A stretch of 64,000 nucleotides of DNA from assembly GCA_003693705.1 (NCBI GenBank), contig RBZT01000846.1, forward strand, positions 62,001 through 126,000, read 5' to 3'. The position numbers and the translations under genes are program-made. How positions within the stretch are numbered: the first letter of the stretch is position 1; every line of letters begins with the position of its first letter. The notes under the pieces are model-generated. The model was not told where the DNA came from. It ran no database searches and was given only the letters and a program-made list of their open reading frames with translations. The stretch is from Polymyxa betae A26-41. Its lineage: Eukaryota > Protista > Endomyxa: Phytomyxea. This document shows, piece by piece, positions 35,998-48,010 of the stretch.

Positions 35998-36041
35998 TGG
36001 GAGCGCTTGGAAGTTATTACAACACTCAAAAGCGACTTATA

Positions 36042-36400
36042 TTAATAGTTTTCTGACATCGGTTTTGTAGCCTGTCGACGCTGAGAGAGCTCCTTTGAGA
36101 TGTTAGATACTGCCACTTTTCCGGGCTGAACAGGGATCTTTTCGAAAATGACATTGGAATTTACGAACTCTTGTACAAACTTCTTCTGCTGGCTATATAG
36201 CTCTTTCTGTTGAGGCAGAAATTGCATCAATATCGATTCAAATTGCAATAGGTATTTTGTGTTTTCTTACGGGACTGGCTGGTGTGTTAGGTGGCACTCT
36301 GCCTTCACAATCGGATGATGGAAGCCTGGTATCAGCAACAGTGCACGGGATGGGATTGGCCGGAGACACATTGAAATGCTTTCGAGACGACATTTCGATG
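36042..36400 (-). CDS. Possible small hypothetical protein
   Basis: ORF 36042-36248 ends convergent to ATP4; upstream exon uncertain. Confidence 0.25.
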
Positions 36401-36834
36401 AGTAATGGAGAAGTTAAAATGCCTCAAGCGAGATCAAAGACAAGGCACAAGATGTGGTATGTTCTATCGTGAGGAGGAACCCGGTGAAGTGGCTCTCTTC
36501 CAGCAGCAACATAAAACATCGAAGTCATCAAACCGTTACATTCAGGTTGCGCCCTGACTACAGCTATTACGTGCAAAAATCAGCAACGACCCCCATTATA
36601 TTCATTCAGTGAATTTCAACTTAACGAGTGAACTAATCGAATCTCAATATTCAACGATGTAGGCAAATGAAGGGCAGCTGGCTCAAAGATATTACAGAAA
36701 ACATACACATCTTTTAACCTTATTTTCCCGCAATTTTGCTTTCCGCTATATCCTTGGTCACCTTCCTTTGGTAATCGCTTGCTCTATTATCATCAGCGAG
36801 CTCCCAGTCAGGGGATACGCGGCAGCAAAGATCG

Positions 36835-38184
36835 ATGGCCAATGTCGATTCGCAGTCGGCTACAGATGCCATGTTTGGCCCAGATTATATGCCCTTCCCT
36901 GTAGACCGAGTCGCCCATGAAATTCGCCAGCAGGTAAAAGTCGCTGATTCTTGGGTCATACCAGAAGCGATTCCAACAGCCCAGAAGTCATCTGCTACAA
37001 AATCCAATGGCCCGCTTCTTCTTACTGGTCCTGCTGGATCACAGCCATCATCTAATGCTTTATCGCTTACTGCATCAGCTTCTAAGCCTAGCACGCCTTC
37101 GACTTCCACATCCTTAACAGCGCCATCACCAGCTAAACCTCGTATTGAAAATACGGTCCTGGGTCGTCGAAGGGACTTAACAATCCGCCAGCCAGCCTGG
37201 CATGCGCCATGGAAATTGCATCGCGTAATCTCAGGCCATTTAGGCTGGGTTCGTTGTGCTGACGTCGATGTATCAAACGAATGGTTTGCTACTGGATCTG
37301 CTGATCGAACAATCAAATTATGGGATCTCGCTTCTGGCGTGCTTAAGCTGACCTTAACCGGTCATATCCATACAGTTCGTGGTGTTGCTGTTTCCCATCG
37401 CCATCCCTATCTGTTCTCTGTAGGAGAAGATAAGATGGTCAAGAACTGGGATCTAGAAACCAATCGAGTAATCCGATCCTATCACGGTCATCTATCAGGT
37501 ATTTATGCATGCTCGTTGCATCCGACATTGGATATTCTTGCGACCTCGGGACGGGACAGTACGGCCCGTGTCTGGGATATGAGAACCAAAGCTCAAATCC
37601 ATGTGCTAGCTGGTCATTCGCATACAGTAGCAACTGTTAAATGTCAAGCTACTGATCCTCAAGTTATAACCGGATCACACGATTCTACCATTCGTCAATG
37701 GGATTTGGGCACTGGTCGTGCTCGTCAAGTTCTAACCAATCACAAGAAATCGATTCGATCCATTGCTCTACACCCTTCTGAGTATACGTATGTAAGCGGT
37801 GCTGCAGATAATATCAAAGTCTGGCAATGTCCCGATGGGGTTTTCCTGCGAAATATGTCAGGACATAATGCAATAGTTAATGCAGTTAATGTCAATCATG
37901 AAAATGTTCTGGTATCAGGAGGTGATGATGGCTCACTCCAATTCTGGGATTGGTCCACTGGATATATGTTCCAGTCCACACAATCGATTGTTCAGCCAGG
38001 CAGTCTGGACGCCGAAGCAGCTATCTATGCAATCGAATTCGACAGAACCGGGACCAGAATGATCACATGCGAAGCCGACAAGACGGTGAAGATTTGGCGA
38101 GAAGATCCCGATGCCACCCCTGAATCGTGCCCGATCGACCAGGAAAGGGTGAAAGAAATGGCCAAGAGAAGGGATATGTATTAA
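36835..38184 (+). CDS. PLRG1: Pleiotropic regulator 1 / Prp46 (NTC WD40 protein)
   Basis: [68 protein letters not shown]; may have upstream exon(s). Confidence 0.95.
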   Translation: MANVDSQSATDAMFGPDYMPFPVDRVAHEIRQQVKVADSWVIPEAIPTAQKSSATKSNGPLLLTGPAGSQPSSNALSLTASASKPSTPSTSTSLTAPSPAKPRIENTVLGRRRDLTIRQPAWHAPWKLHRVISGHLGWVRCADVDVSNEWFATGSADRTIKLWDLASGVLKLTLTGHIHTVRGVAVSHRHPYLFSVGEDKMVKNWDLETNRVIRSYHGHLSGIYACSLHPTLDILATSGRDSTARVWDMRTKAQIHVLAGHSHTVATVKCQATDPQVITGSHDSTIRQWDLGTGRARQVLTNHKKSIRSIALHPSEYTYVSGAADNIKVWQCPDGVFLRNMSGHNAIVNAVNVNHENVLVSGGDDGSLQFWDWSTGYMFQSTQSIVQPGSLDAEAAIYAIEFDRTGTRMITCEADKTVKIWREDPDATPESCPIDQERVKEMAKRRDMY

Positions 38185-38430
38185 TGGTTTTAACAAGACC
38201 GACATCCAATCAATATGATAAACTAACAGTAATTTGTCAACGGTTTTAGTTAGAAGGAACACTTGTAAGATTTTGGCGCCTTTTCCGTTAGTCGCAGTCT
38301 TAGGTTAAAAGGTTTTGTTATTGCGTGAGGTCCTCTTGTCTACATAATCAGTGTGTGAGGTGGCTCCAAGGCTCATCGAAATTTTCACTCTTGGCGGGAT
38401 ATCTCTTCTATCTCGTTAAAATCCTCAACT

Positions 38431-38877
38431 ATGGCCCGTACCAAGTCCACCAAACAGCCCAAGCCAAGAGCGTCTGGTAAACAACCCAAGGCATCGTTAG
38501 TCCAGAAGACGCCGGCCAAGAAAACGTCGAAGTCTCCTGCTGCCGCTCCTGCCACCCCTGGGAAGAAACACCGATTCCGCCCTGGAACAAGGGCATTGAT
38601 GGATATTCGTAAATACCAAAGGACAACCGATTTGCTTCTGCGACGGTTACCCTTTGCTCGTCTGGTTCGGGAGATCGCTTCCAGCCACTTCGCCAATCGC
38701 GCTGAAGAGTGGCGCTGGCAGGGCGAGGCCTTGATGGCGCTTCAAGAAGCCGCTGAAGCGTACTTAATCCATCTATTCGAGGATAGCAACCTTTGCGCTA
38801 TTCATGGTAAAAGAGTCACTGTTATGCCACGAGATATTCATCTAGCAAGACGTATTCGAGGAGCGGCCCGTGCTTAA
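38431..38877 (+). CDS. CENH3: Centromeric histone H3 variant CenH3/CENP-A
   Basis: H3 fold with divergent tail, FARLVREI (Q to A), longer loop 1 [14 protein letters not shown] (F to W), EDSNLC (T to S): standard CenH3 diagnostics. Confidence 0.9.
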   Translation: MARTKSTKQPKPRASGKQPKASLVQKTPAKKTSKSPAAAPATPGKKHRFRPGTRALMDIRKYQRTTDLLLRRLPFARLVREIASSHFANRAEEWRWQGEALMALQEAAEAYLIHLFEDSNLCAIHGKRVTVMPRDIHLARRIRGAARA

Positions 38878-38926
38878 CTCATACGACAGCCCATCGTCTA
38901 CATTATCTCAAATAAATATCATGCTG

Positions 38927-39661
38927 TTATTGAGCATTGGCGATTCTGGACCCCATCTGCCTTAATGCTTCTCGAGCTTGCGATTCTTGCTTCCTGCCTT
39001 TGGCCACGATTTCTTGGATTTTTCTGTTGATTAATACCCTCTCCTGGTCATTGGTGCTTTTGTCTCTGGCTTGCGCTAGGAACTCTCTGGCCTGGCCGTA
39101 CTCGCCCATGCCTTCGTATGCTAGCCCAATGCGATAGTAGGCCTTGGCAGAATTACAATCCAGCTGTAATGCCATTTTGCATTGGGATATGGCATCGGTC
39201 CATCGTTGCTGTTTTAGGTAAACCTGAGCGATATTCAGATCCAGATTGAGCTCGAGTCTATCGACTTCGTCTCGTTGGGCGTCGGTTATACCATAGATTC
39301 CATTACAGATCAAGGCGCCTCGTTCGTAAACTTGCAAGCATAAATCCAGGTTATTCTCTTTAAACAACCGGTTTCCATCGGTTTTCGCTGCTTTGATAGC
39401 TTCAAGTTTTAGCAAATTTCTTTCAGCCAAAGGCATCTCGTCGTTGGGATCCTTCGACGATGGCATTTTCATACTGCAACCGCATGTATGATGTTGAGAA
39501 TGAGAAGGGCTTTGTCCGGTTTCAGCAGCAACCTTATCGGCACGTTCTTTCTGCGCCTTCATATAAGACTGACGTTTCTGAGCCTTCAAGGCAGCGGCTT
39601 CCTCCTGTTCGCGACGTTCTTCATCTTTAGCGAGCGCTTCCCATCGACTGTAATCAACCAT
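38927..39661 (-). CDS. TPR co-chaperone-like protein
   Basis: KTDGNRLFK, LNIAQVYLK, KAYYRIGLAY three-TPR clamp; N-term MVDYSRWE. Confidence 0.8.
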   Translation of the reverse strand: MVDYSRWEALAKDEERREQEEAAALKAQKRQSYMKAQKERADKVAAETGQSPSHSQHHTCGCSMKMPSSKDPNDEMPLAERNLLKLEAIKAAKTDGNRLFKENNLDLCLQVYERGALICNGIYGITDAQRDEVDRLELNLDLNIAQVYLKQQRWTDAISQCKMALQLDCNSAKAYYRIGLAYEGMGEYGQAREFLAQARDKSTNDQERVLINRKIQEIVAKGRKQESQAREALRQMGSRIANAQ

Positions 39662-40022
39662 AACGCATGGGATGGTAGTAGATAGGGAATGCGATGATGA
39701 TAAAAGTATTCTGAGACTCGCTGCATCGTTCACAGAGACAGGTTAGGGACTATCATCTCATCAGACAGTCATCTCCGCCTGTAATCCATGCAATTTCGCT
39801 ACCCTCCAGATGTATGGAGCAGCAGCAACATTCAATCTAGCTGACATGAAGATGAATTGTTATGTTATAAAGGGCTCATCGTAGTTAACAAGGTTGTGTA
39901 AGAGAATGCTGATAGTTGTAATGTGAAATTGAGCTATACAAATAGAAGGCAGAATACATCGGAAGTGAGGATTGCGCGGCCATAGCTGAGGCTTGGCCTG
40001 CTGTCTATCAACTCCATTCGCC

Positions 40023-40439
40023 ATGGACACCGTCTTCCTCGAGCATTCTGTTAGGTCTAGCCTGGTGGACTTCCTCGAACGTAGGGTACAATGTGTTCTA
40101 AGAGATGGCAAGATCCTCATTGGAACCCTGTTGTCGTTCGATCAGTTTTATAATCTGGTTTTGGGTCATGCTGTCAAGCGTATCGTCGTGGATAAACAGT
40201 TCGCTGAAGAGCGTATTGGGTTATTTGTTATTCGTGGAGAAAATGTTGCTACACTGTCAGAATTGGTGATTATTTCAATGCTGCAACTCAACTCGCTTTA
40301 ATCTCTTTCGTAGGATATTGAGAAGGAAGAAAGACAAACTATAATGAAGCGAGTCAGTATGAAACGCATCAAAGAACTCCAACAGGAAAAGGAAGCAGCT
40401 GCACGTGGGAAATCATCTATTCTCGCCACTGATGACTAA
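40023..40439 (+). CDS. LSM1: Sm-like protein LSM1
   Basis: LRDGKILIGTLLSFDQFYNLVL...KRIVV...GLFVIRGENV; one intron ~40266-40313; helical C-terminal extension. Confidence 0.88.
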
Positions 40440-40685
40440 CCGATTGTTATTTTGTATCCACACTTTACAAAATCTGATTGTCAAAGAATGTTTCACATCT
40501 TGCACTTTCAGGCATTGATTAACATGATTATCCTTCTATTTATGTAAATAATGAATTACCCATGCTGGCCATGCAGACGTGAATCCTTTTGTCACTACGT
40601 AAGGTGTTATACCAAAAAGAGTGTAATCATCGTGACGGTTTATTGTGTTAATCATATACTTTAATTATTTTAAATGCTAATCAAA

Positions 40686-42116
40686 TTATACAGAAATGAA
40701 CAAGGCTACCAAAGCAATTGCGACAAAACTGATAGTTGCTTTGGAAGTCGAGCTGAAGGTGCTATCCATATCATCCTCCCTGTCCTGAGCATCGCTAGGA
40801 TTTTCTTTAGCTTGGATATGTTCTTCATCTGTATCATCCTCGTCATCTTCGTCACAATTTTCACCTCGTAGACTGATTGACTTGATGTTCAAGGTCATGG
40901 GATTGGCGCTGTCATGGGTCTCTCCTTCGTTCTGGAAATCGCCAACAACTATGGAGCTGATCGTGTGCTTGGTCTTATTAAATCCGTTCAGTTTGTCGAA
41001 CGGAATGAGCACCTGCTGTGGTTCCCCGCCAAGCTTCCCGTCGAGCAATTCGCTAGCCGTTAAGACGAAATCTTTGAAATCCTGTTCGCATCCCTCCTTA
41101 GTCTTCAATCTGATACTGAAGTCACCTCCGGTGGGTCCAGCAACGTTTAAAGCCAGCATATTGTAGTGCTTGAACTTCATGCATGGAATAACGGTATACC
41201 AGTAGGACTCTGAAGTCTTAGAAGTAATCTGAAGACCTTCGATAGCAGAATACTTCTCGTTGGACATCGTGCCATCAGAACCGTGAGTTCCTCGCAGTAC
41301 GTTCTCGTTGATGTCTTCATTAGCGAAGTCCTCAATTGCCAGACTGCATTCTTTGGTTTCTTCCTTGTCAGATTCTGAATCAGAATCGGTAGTTGCAGTT
41401 TGATCTCGGACTGAAACAATAGTCTCGGAACTGACTCCGGTAGCGCATGATCCTTTGAACGTAACCGAATACAGTTCAAGAGGCATCGTCAATCCTCCAA
41501 TCGTGATGGCGTACATGTTGTTCTATCATCACTTATTTGTCTCTTATAGTTAAACGAGCGTTGAAGTTACCTTCGATGCTTCTCCAGAGATGCTAGAGAA
41601 CGGAATATCAACAGTAGTCTTTTCACCTGTACCCTTCTTGTTGTTGATAAGAACTAGAGAGTATCTGGGAGCACAATTAATAAACCCGATAGTAACGTCA
41701 GCTTGAAATTGGTCTTACCGAACAACGCTTTCTGCTGCTTCATCACAGTGAATATCATTGGAGCTGTATCCGATTAAGAACTGGATATCGGGAGTCGATT
41801 TCAACTCAACCGATATGAAATCGAAATTGTTTGCATCAAAGCATTGTCCTGCCTTACGAACAAACGAGAACCAGAACGAGCTGTTGGTATTCGGGGTCAG
41901 GATCAAGCGAGGATCGCCATCTGTAGCAACTGTCGTCTGCATGCCTCCGGCCAGTTTCATATCAAAACCCATGTTGTTTTGGGTCGTCGACTGCAGCTGT
42001 GAGAAATCGTTGACGAGCAGTTCGCAGTTGGCCGGGTTGGGCTGGACCAATTCAGCAGCCTGGGTGAGGCCCAAAGCCAGGCTCAAGACAAGGAAGCAGC
42101 GGTGCATGTTCGGCAT
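40686..42116 (-). CDS. Secreted, probably GPI-anchored protein with two tandem CBM11/CIA30-like beta-sandwich domains
   Basis: Signal peptide FLVLSLALGLTQA; two Cys-bounded repeats (CELLVNDF..SFWFS..IPF..C / CSLAIEDF..SYWYT..IPF..C); acidic linkers; Ser-rich omega region and hydrophobic C-terminal tail. Confidence 0.7.
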
Positions 42117-42665
42117 ATCGAATATGATTATGATGAGCTGACATCGAATCGCTTGCAGATCAGCAAGCGAAGGTCGTCATAGTGGAAGATATTTACAGAG
42201 TTGATGAGACCGTTGAGAAGTGTGGAACTCGCATCTGGGACCCCTCTTATAAGTCGTAACAAAAAAGGAGCAGCCTCCAAACATAACATCGTAGACTGGC
42301 TCTTCCCCATCACTTCTCGAAGAGTCTTTCTCTCTCTCTCTCTCTTACTCTCTCTCCACCGCTTTTTAATCACTTCTCAAAGTCTATGCAGGGACTGTTC
42401 TCCACTGCGACTGCTGCAAGCTTTATGAATTCTAGATGGTCTGGATTTATCCTGATTTGATGATGGGTAGAGCTGGTAGGCGTTTATTGCCTCAGGTCGC
42501 TCCCGGAACTGTCTAAATGAACTAGAATATTGCTAATTTTATGGCTTCATCCATGCCATTTAAAGTCACATGTGATCAGAGATATGCCTGCATGTGAAGG
42601 TGAACGTGTACGTACCCCATGACGATCGATCGTTATATCCACGACATTACTCAATAGAATCTAAT

Positions 42666-43488
42666 ATGGATGGGCAAATTGAGCAACCTGACGATGAGCA
42701 GACGGCGATAGTGCTTCGTTATCGACCTCCATTGTGCTGTCGCTCTGCGCGGTTTGTGATCGATCATTGTCGCGACCATTTTCCGATTTCGCTTCTAGAT
42801 AATGTCTGTTAAACGAAATAGTTTGACAAACTTTATATCTAATGGCTGCCTACAGACGAGTGAGCATGAAATCAATGATGCTATAGGCGAAATCAACCGA
42901 ATGTTGAAAATGACTTCATCACTTCGTTGGCGATTATGGCCTGTTGTCCTTCTTGTTAGTATTGCTGCTTTGACTGTCATCTCAACTGTCTTTATCCTGT
43001 ATGATGATACTAGAATTGGAGATCTGATGCCTTGGCTTACTCACGATAATATTATCACCATATCTGTTCTTACTTTGATTGCTATTATACTTCTGCTGGT
43101 TTACCTGACTTGCGTCGTTCAACTAAGGAATGCATCGGTATAGAAGCAGTGCTGTGTGTCCAGATTCATATTGAAATTCTTACAGAAGTTGCAAGGGATA
43201 GGCCAAGTTCTTTGGTACTTGAATAACCGTTTTGTTGGAAGACTCTTCTGGCAGGTAAAAGCGCATTCCACTTTGTGAGACAATCATTGAACTTCCCAGT
43301 AGCTTTCGACAGATTCCAAGCAACGCCCTATCATCACCATAAGAGAAGCGAGTGCAGCTTATGTGATTGGACCTGACCCCGTCCTTAGCAATCCTAATGA
43401 CTACGTTCCTGTCCTGGCTTCATTAAACAACACTGATCAGCAGCAAGTTGCTGTTCGGATGACATCGTCAGGTTGCAGGCAGCAATGA
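42666..43488 (+). CDS. Two-TM membrane protein (ERF4/CHIC-like layout), hypothetical
   Basis: Spliced frame MDGQIEQ...EINDAIGEIN, two TM helices, ..LNNRF..; ends SSGCRQQ*. Confidence 0.55.
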
Positions 43489-43586
43489 TCATCAATAGAA
43501 ATCTCAGTATTCACATTACAAATGATAATCGATTTCATACAAGCCTGACAACTTTCAATTTTATTTTGAGGAAGAATACCATTCAA

Positions 43587-44451
43587 CTATTTGGACATAT
43601 CTTGAATCCAATAGCACATCTGCACGAACATCTCGTGCTTGAACGTATATTCAATAGACGGATCCGTGTTGAAGTCGACACGGGCTAATTCCTGAAATTT
43701 CTTCTTCGCTTGATCAACTGAAGTTCATTAAGTATACACCAATGGGGAATGCAGGCCCTTATCGATTACCAGGAAGCAGCATATTTCCATCGCCATGAAA
43801 TGCTAAAACAGGAACCTGATTATATCGTGCAGCTGGCACCTTTGTAGAGCTGAATGATACAATCCCTTTCAAACTGGTATTGGTTTTTACACTGCAATTA
43901 CGATATTATCAAAAAGTTAACCTGCAACGATTACAATAGCGTATACCCTAGCTCCAGAGCTATATCTGCACCTTCACCGACTCTAAATGGGGATGTTAGA
44001 CAGAACCGATCTTGACACAGATAGTGATACCCGCCGAGGAACACATGTTCACATATATTGGATTCTTTACGAATAAGCTCATTTATAGCAGACGTGATGA
44101 TCGGGTTCGGACTGGACGGCGACCAACATGGAGATTCTGTATCGGGATCCAGTGGTGCTTAAATCCACAATTAGATATGTTGGATTGGGCTTAGTGGCCA
44201 AACATACCCCAGGGTAGAACAAGTCGAATGGAATTAGCTAATTGGCCCAATAACGTGAAAACAGAACGGTATCTGTCTGGATCATCAAAGCGATCATGAA
44301 ACAAAATCAATGTCGATCTATGATGAACTGGATCGACAATCAATGGCGGTCTTCTGAATATACCATGGAAGCCAGCCGTTGAAGTTTGTGTCGATAACCA
44401 TTTGAGATTAAGAAGCCTACCAGGCGAGTAGCTGCGGAACTTGACCTTCAT
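43587..44451 (-). CDS. Acyl-protein thioesterase / phospholipase-carboxylesterase fold protein with degenerate catalytic motifs
   Basis: STLILFHDRFDD, IRLVLP, INELIRKE, VFLGGVGEGADIAL, LKGIVSFS, VPVLAFHGDGNMLLP; four introns. Confidence 0.65.
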
Positions 44452-44758
44452 GATCGAAAGGGTAGCGACTCCGCAACCAAACCCAACGACATCCGAACCA
44501 AATCCACCAAAACAGATTACCATGATACTTTATTGTAGATAAAATCGCTCGTATGAAAGTACGATGAGAACATTCAGTCCGCCTTGGAAACCTTGATGAT
44601 TTTGTCTGAATGTAACAGATATGATGGGACATGATGTTATGAGAAATGTGATATGCGCAAAGCTCACCAAGGAGATCTGTCTTTGGGTTTGCTCTGTGAT
44701 ATCGTTGCGAGGCTGCAACCCTCTTTCTGTTATTTCTTTCTGCTTGTTATAAATCATC

Positions 44759-46518
44759 ATGTACCAGATCATGGTGAAACTCTTAATAGTTGTCGCTCTC
44801 ATCTCTATTGCTGTGTCGCAGGACGCACAGCCATCATCCAGCTTAGTTCAGCTCACAGAATCCAACATCGACGATCTTGTCTTTAACCCATCGGACGACC
44901 ATGATTGGCTCGTTATGTTTAGCGCACCTTGGTGTAGGTATGGCGTCGAGTGCAAAATTGCCTGTTTAATTCGGTTTCGAATTCAGGCGGGTGGTGCAAA
45001 CAGCTCGAGCCCGAATTTCTGAAGGCGGCCGAGGAGCATCCCAATGAAAAGTATAACGTGAAGTTCGCTAAAGCCGACTGCACAACCGAGAAGTCGTTCA
45101 ACACTCGATTTGTAATGATACTATGATTCTGCTTGTATTGTTGTTGATCAATTGGTTAGGATATTGAAGGATATCCTACTGTGAAGCTGTAAATACAAAA
45201 TGACTCGCTGCTCTGTACGAGTATTGATACCAACGCAGGATCCGAGACAAAACCGTCTTTAATGCTGGCCCATTCAGAAATTCCACCCAGATCGACGAAT
45301 ATATTCACCGGATTGTCACCTTGCCCGTTCTACGGTTTTCTCGTATGGCGACGATACTCGACGTTTATCGAAATCAGACTGATTGTTTCTGATTTAGCTG
45401 AACCGCTGCCCAAAGAATTTCGATCCGACCCTTATTTTATCCTGTTCGGAAATCAGAACGTCATGGATCCAAACTCGCCTGTCATGCAGAAGTTCTCCAA
45501 GGCTGCTTGGAGAATGCTTCCTTACTTCATCAGATCATATCGAATTTACGAGGTTGGTCTGTTATAGCAATGCATCTATCGATTTTGAGCATTTTGGTGT
45601 CAGGACGTACCTTCTCCATACATCAAGCGTGTTGCAGCTGGAGCACCCGATCTGATTTACAAAATATCCGATGAGGAAACGTTAACGGTTGAGGATCTCG
45701 TGAATTTCATGCAGAACAATAAGAAGCCGTTGGTTGCTGAGGTTAAGGTCGACAATTTCAAGGAATTGGTTAAGGCACAACAGCAATGGGTTGTTCTAGC
45801 GATAGATCCCGAGGTTTGCCATGTCATCGGCGGGCTCCTATCTAAATTCACATTTTCGATAGCGCCATCAAACTGCTTTGGATGGGTTCCGTAAAGCAGC
45901 TGCTGCCGATCCTGAGGGTATCATGTTTGTTTGGATCAATTCAGTGGTCTATCCTGAGTGGCTGAAAACCTTTGGAGTCGATTCAAACGTATCCTTTGCT
46001 TGTGTTTTTTACTATCTCTACCTGAGGTTCGTTTAGCAGCCCGGCGTCTTCGTGTACGACCCGAATATGGAACGTCATTGGCGATCATCGAATCTTAGCT
46101 TGGACTCTGGAGACGAAATTCTTCAGTTTATAGCTGATGTCAAAGATGGGAAAATTGAGGTGGTTTTGTTTTCAAATCGATTCCATTTAAGTGACTGATT
46201 ATTATTCGACTCAGACTATGGGACCTGGTAGATATCATCCTGCTTATCTCCTTCGGGTAGTCAAGCGTATTTTCGGTTATTATCGTCTAGCACTGACGTG
46301 GTTTTACAGCGATTTTATCAGTGGCTGACGTCGTCGTTCTATGAGTACAGTTTCAGCTATGAAGTAAGTTGAATGTATTTAATTGGATTTCTTAATGTCC
46401 TAACATGTCTTAGTTTGCAGCAGCGGCATTCTGCATGTTGACCACTTTGATGGTAATCATGTGGACTTGCATCAGATTTGCTTTGCGCTCAAAGTCTAAG
46501 AAGCAAAAGCAGCAATGA
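44759..46518 (+). CDS. ER membrane thioredoxin/PDI-family protein (TMX3-like)
   Basis: Signal peptide, WLVMFSAPWCGWCKQL (spliced), AKADCT, IEGYPTVK, further thioredoxin-like folds, C-terminal TM + KSKKQKQQ*. Confidence 0.8.
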
Positions 46519-46579
46519 AACGTTCTTAGACGAGCAATCAAGAATAAGCAGATTGCAATACATTGTTCATTATATGAAT

Positions 46580-47841
46580 TCAGTTTTCAGATTCTTTCTT
46601 GATCCTCGGTTTCACATCTACCTCTTCTTTTTCTTCCTCCTCTTCTTCTTCTTCGTTCTCTTCATCCTCAGATGCTGATGACACTGGTTCTTTTTTGGTT
46701 GCACCGTGACCATCAGCTGGGCTAATGTGATCAGACAATATTTTGTTCATCTTAAAGCAATGAAGATTATTGCATTTAAAAACAGTCTTCATTGCGCTAT
46801 CACACAAAATGAATCTGCACCGCCTTCAGACAAACTAATATGAAGTCTGCGATTTGGCGACCTTTTATCTTTGGGATTTTGTAGATTATTCTCTTTAACA
46901 TAGGCCCAGATCCGTTTCACAATCTGAGGACGTGACATAGGTTCACAAGTTCCGAGCATCGTCTACAAATTTACAGTGAACAGCTGATAATTTAACAACA
47001 AAATTCCAACCTGTAGATTGTTAGACATTACATACGGCTTATGGAATGCAGATTTTCCACTGCCGCCGCTCGAGCGCTTTGCCTTCTTCGGTGAAGACGG
47101 TTTTGAGGAGGAACTCTTTTCGAAATGCGGAGCCAGAACTTTTTGCAGACCAAAAAACGTTGTTTCAGCAACACCCAGCAATTTTGATAAGGCTTCATCA
47201 CAAACGATTATCCTGCCATCGGTTGCTGATTGAAGCGATTTCTCTTTGACATACTGGATCATACGACGTGTGACTTCAGTCCTAATATTCACATCGTTGA
47301 GCATCTTCTAGATATCTTATAAAGTGCACCAACCGAGCCATCTTAGCACCAGCTTCATCTGGCTCAACACCTGCACAGTAATGATGAGATGATTTTTTTT
47401 GTTGTGAAGGATTACTACCAAGAAATGCAGCCAATTCCGCCGATATTCCAATAGCCTTTTGAATACCAGATCCAGTAGCTCTCCTTTTCGTCGATTTACG
47501 TTTTGGTGATTCTGCAGCTTTACGCTTGGGACGTGTCCGCGCTGGTCTGCTCTCTTCTGATGAATCTGCATCTGGCGCGGTCTCTTCGCTAATTACATTT
47601 ATCTTAAGAGCGTTCCAATTATTAAGATGGTTACCAACCCAGAGTTCTCGTTCGCATTCATCTCTTCGATAGTCCTATTAACCAGCTGGCGAAGTTCCGA
47701 TTTCCTGGATCGAATCACGTCGCCGAGTTCACTTTGCAGCGTATTCATAATGGATTTGAATGTGAGCGTGCTGAGATCTCCATTACGAACGAGCTCAACA
47801 GCTCTAGCTGCAGCTGGATCTGACACCGTGGTCTGGGCCAT
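46580..47841 (-). CDS. DEK-C + two SWIB/MDM2 domain protein (UAF30/TRI1-like)
   Basis: DLSTLTFKSIMNTLQSELG (DEK-C); RTEVTRRMIQYVKEKSLQ...IIVCDEALSKLL; MSRPQIVKRIWAYVKENNLQNPKDK..ILCD. Confidence 0.88.
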
Positions 47842-48010
47842 AATCACAGCACCACCTCTTAATGAGAATGATGACAAGATCGGACTAAATTGTAAAGCTG
47901 TCCTTCATAATCCTATCAATATGATGACCATTGATACAGTTGGTACCACTACAAATGTTACATGACATATAAACATCTATATAATCATGTATGAGTAATA
48001 ACATTATAGG

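Noticed and set aside
43540-43642. Overlapping convergent coding exons
   Set aside because: The plus-strand gene has an in-frame stop at 43486-43488, so no CDS overlap is needed
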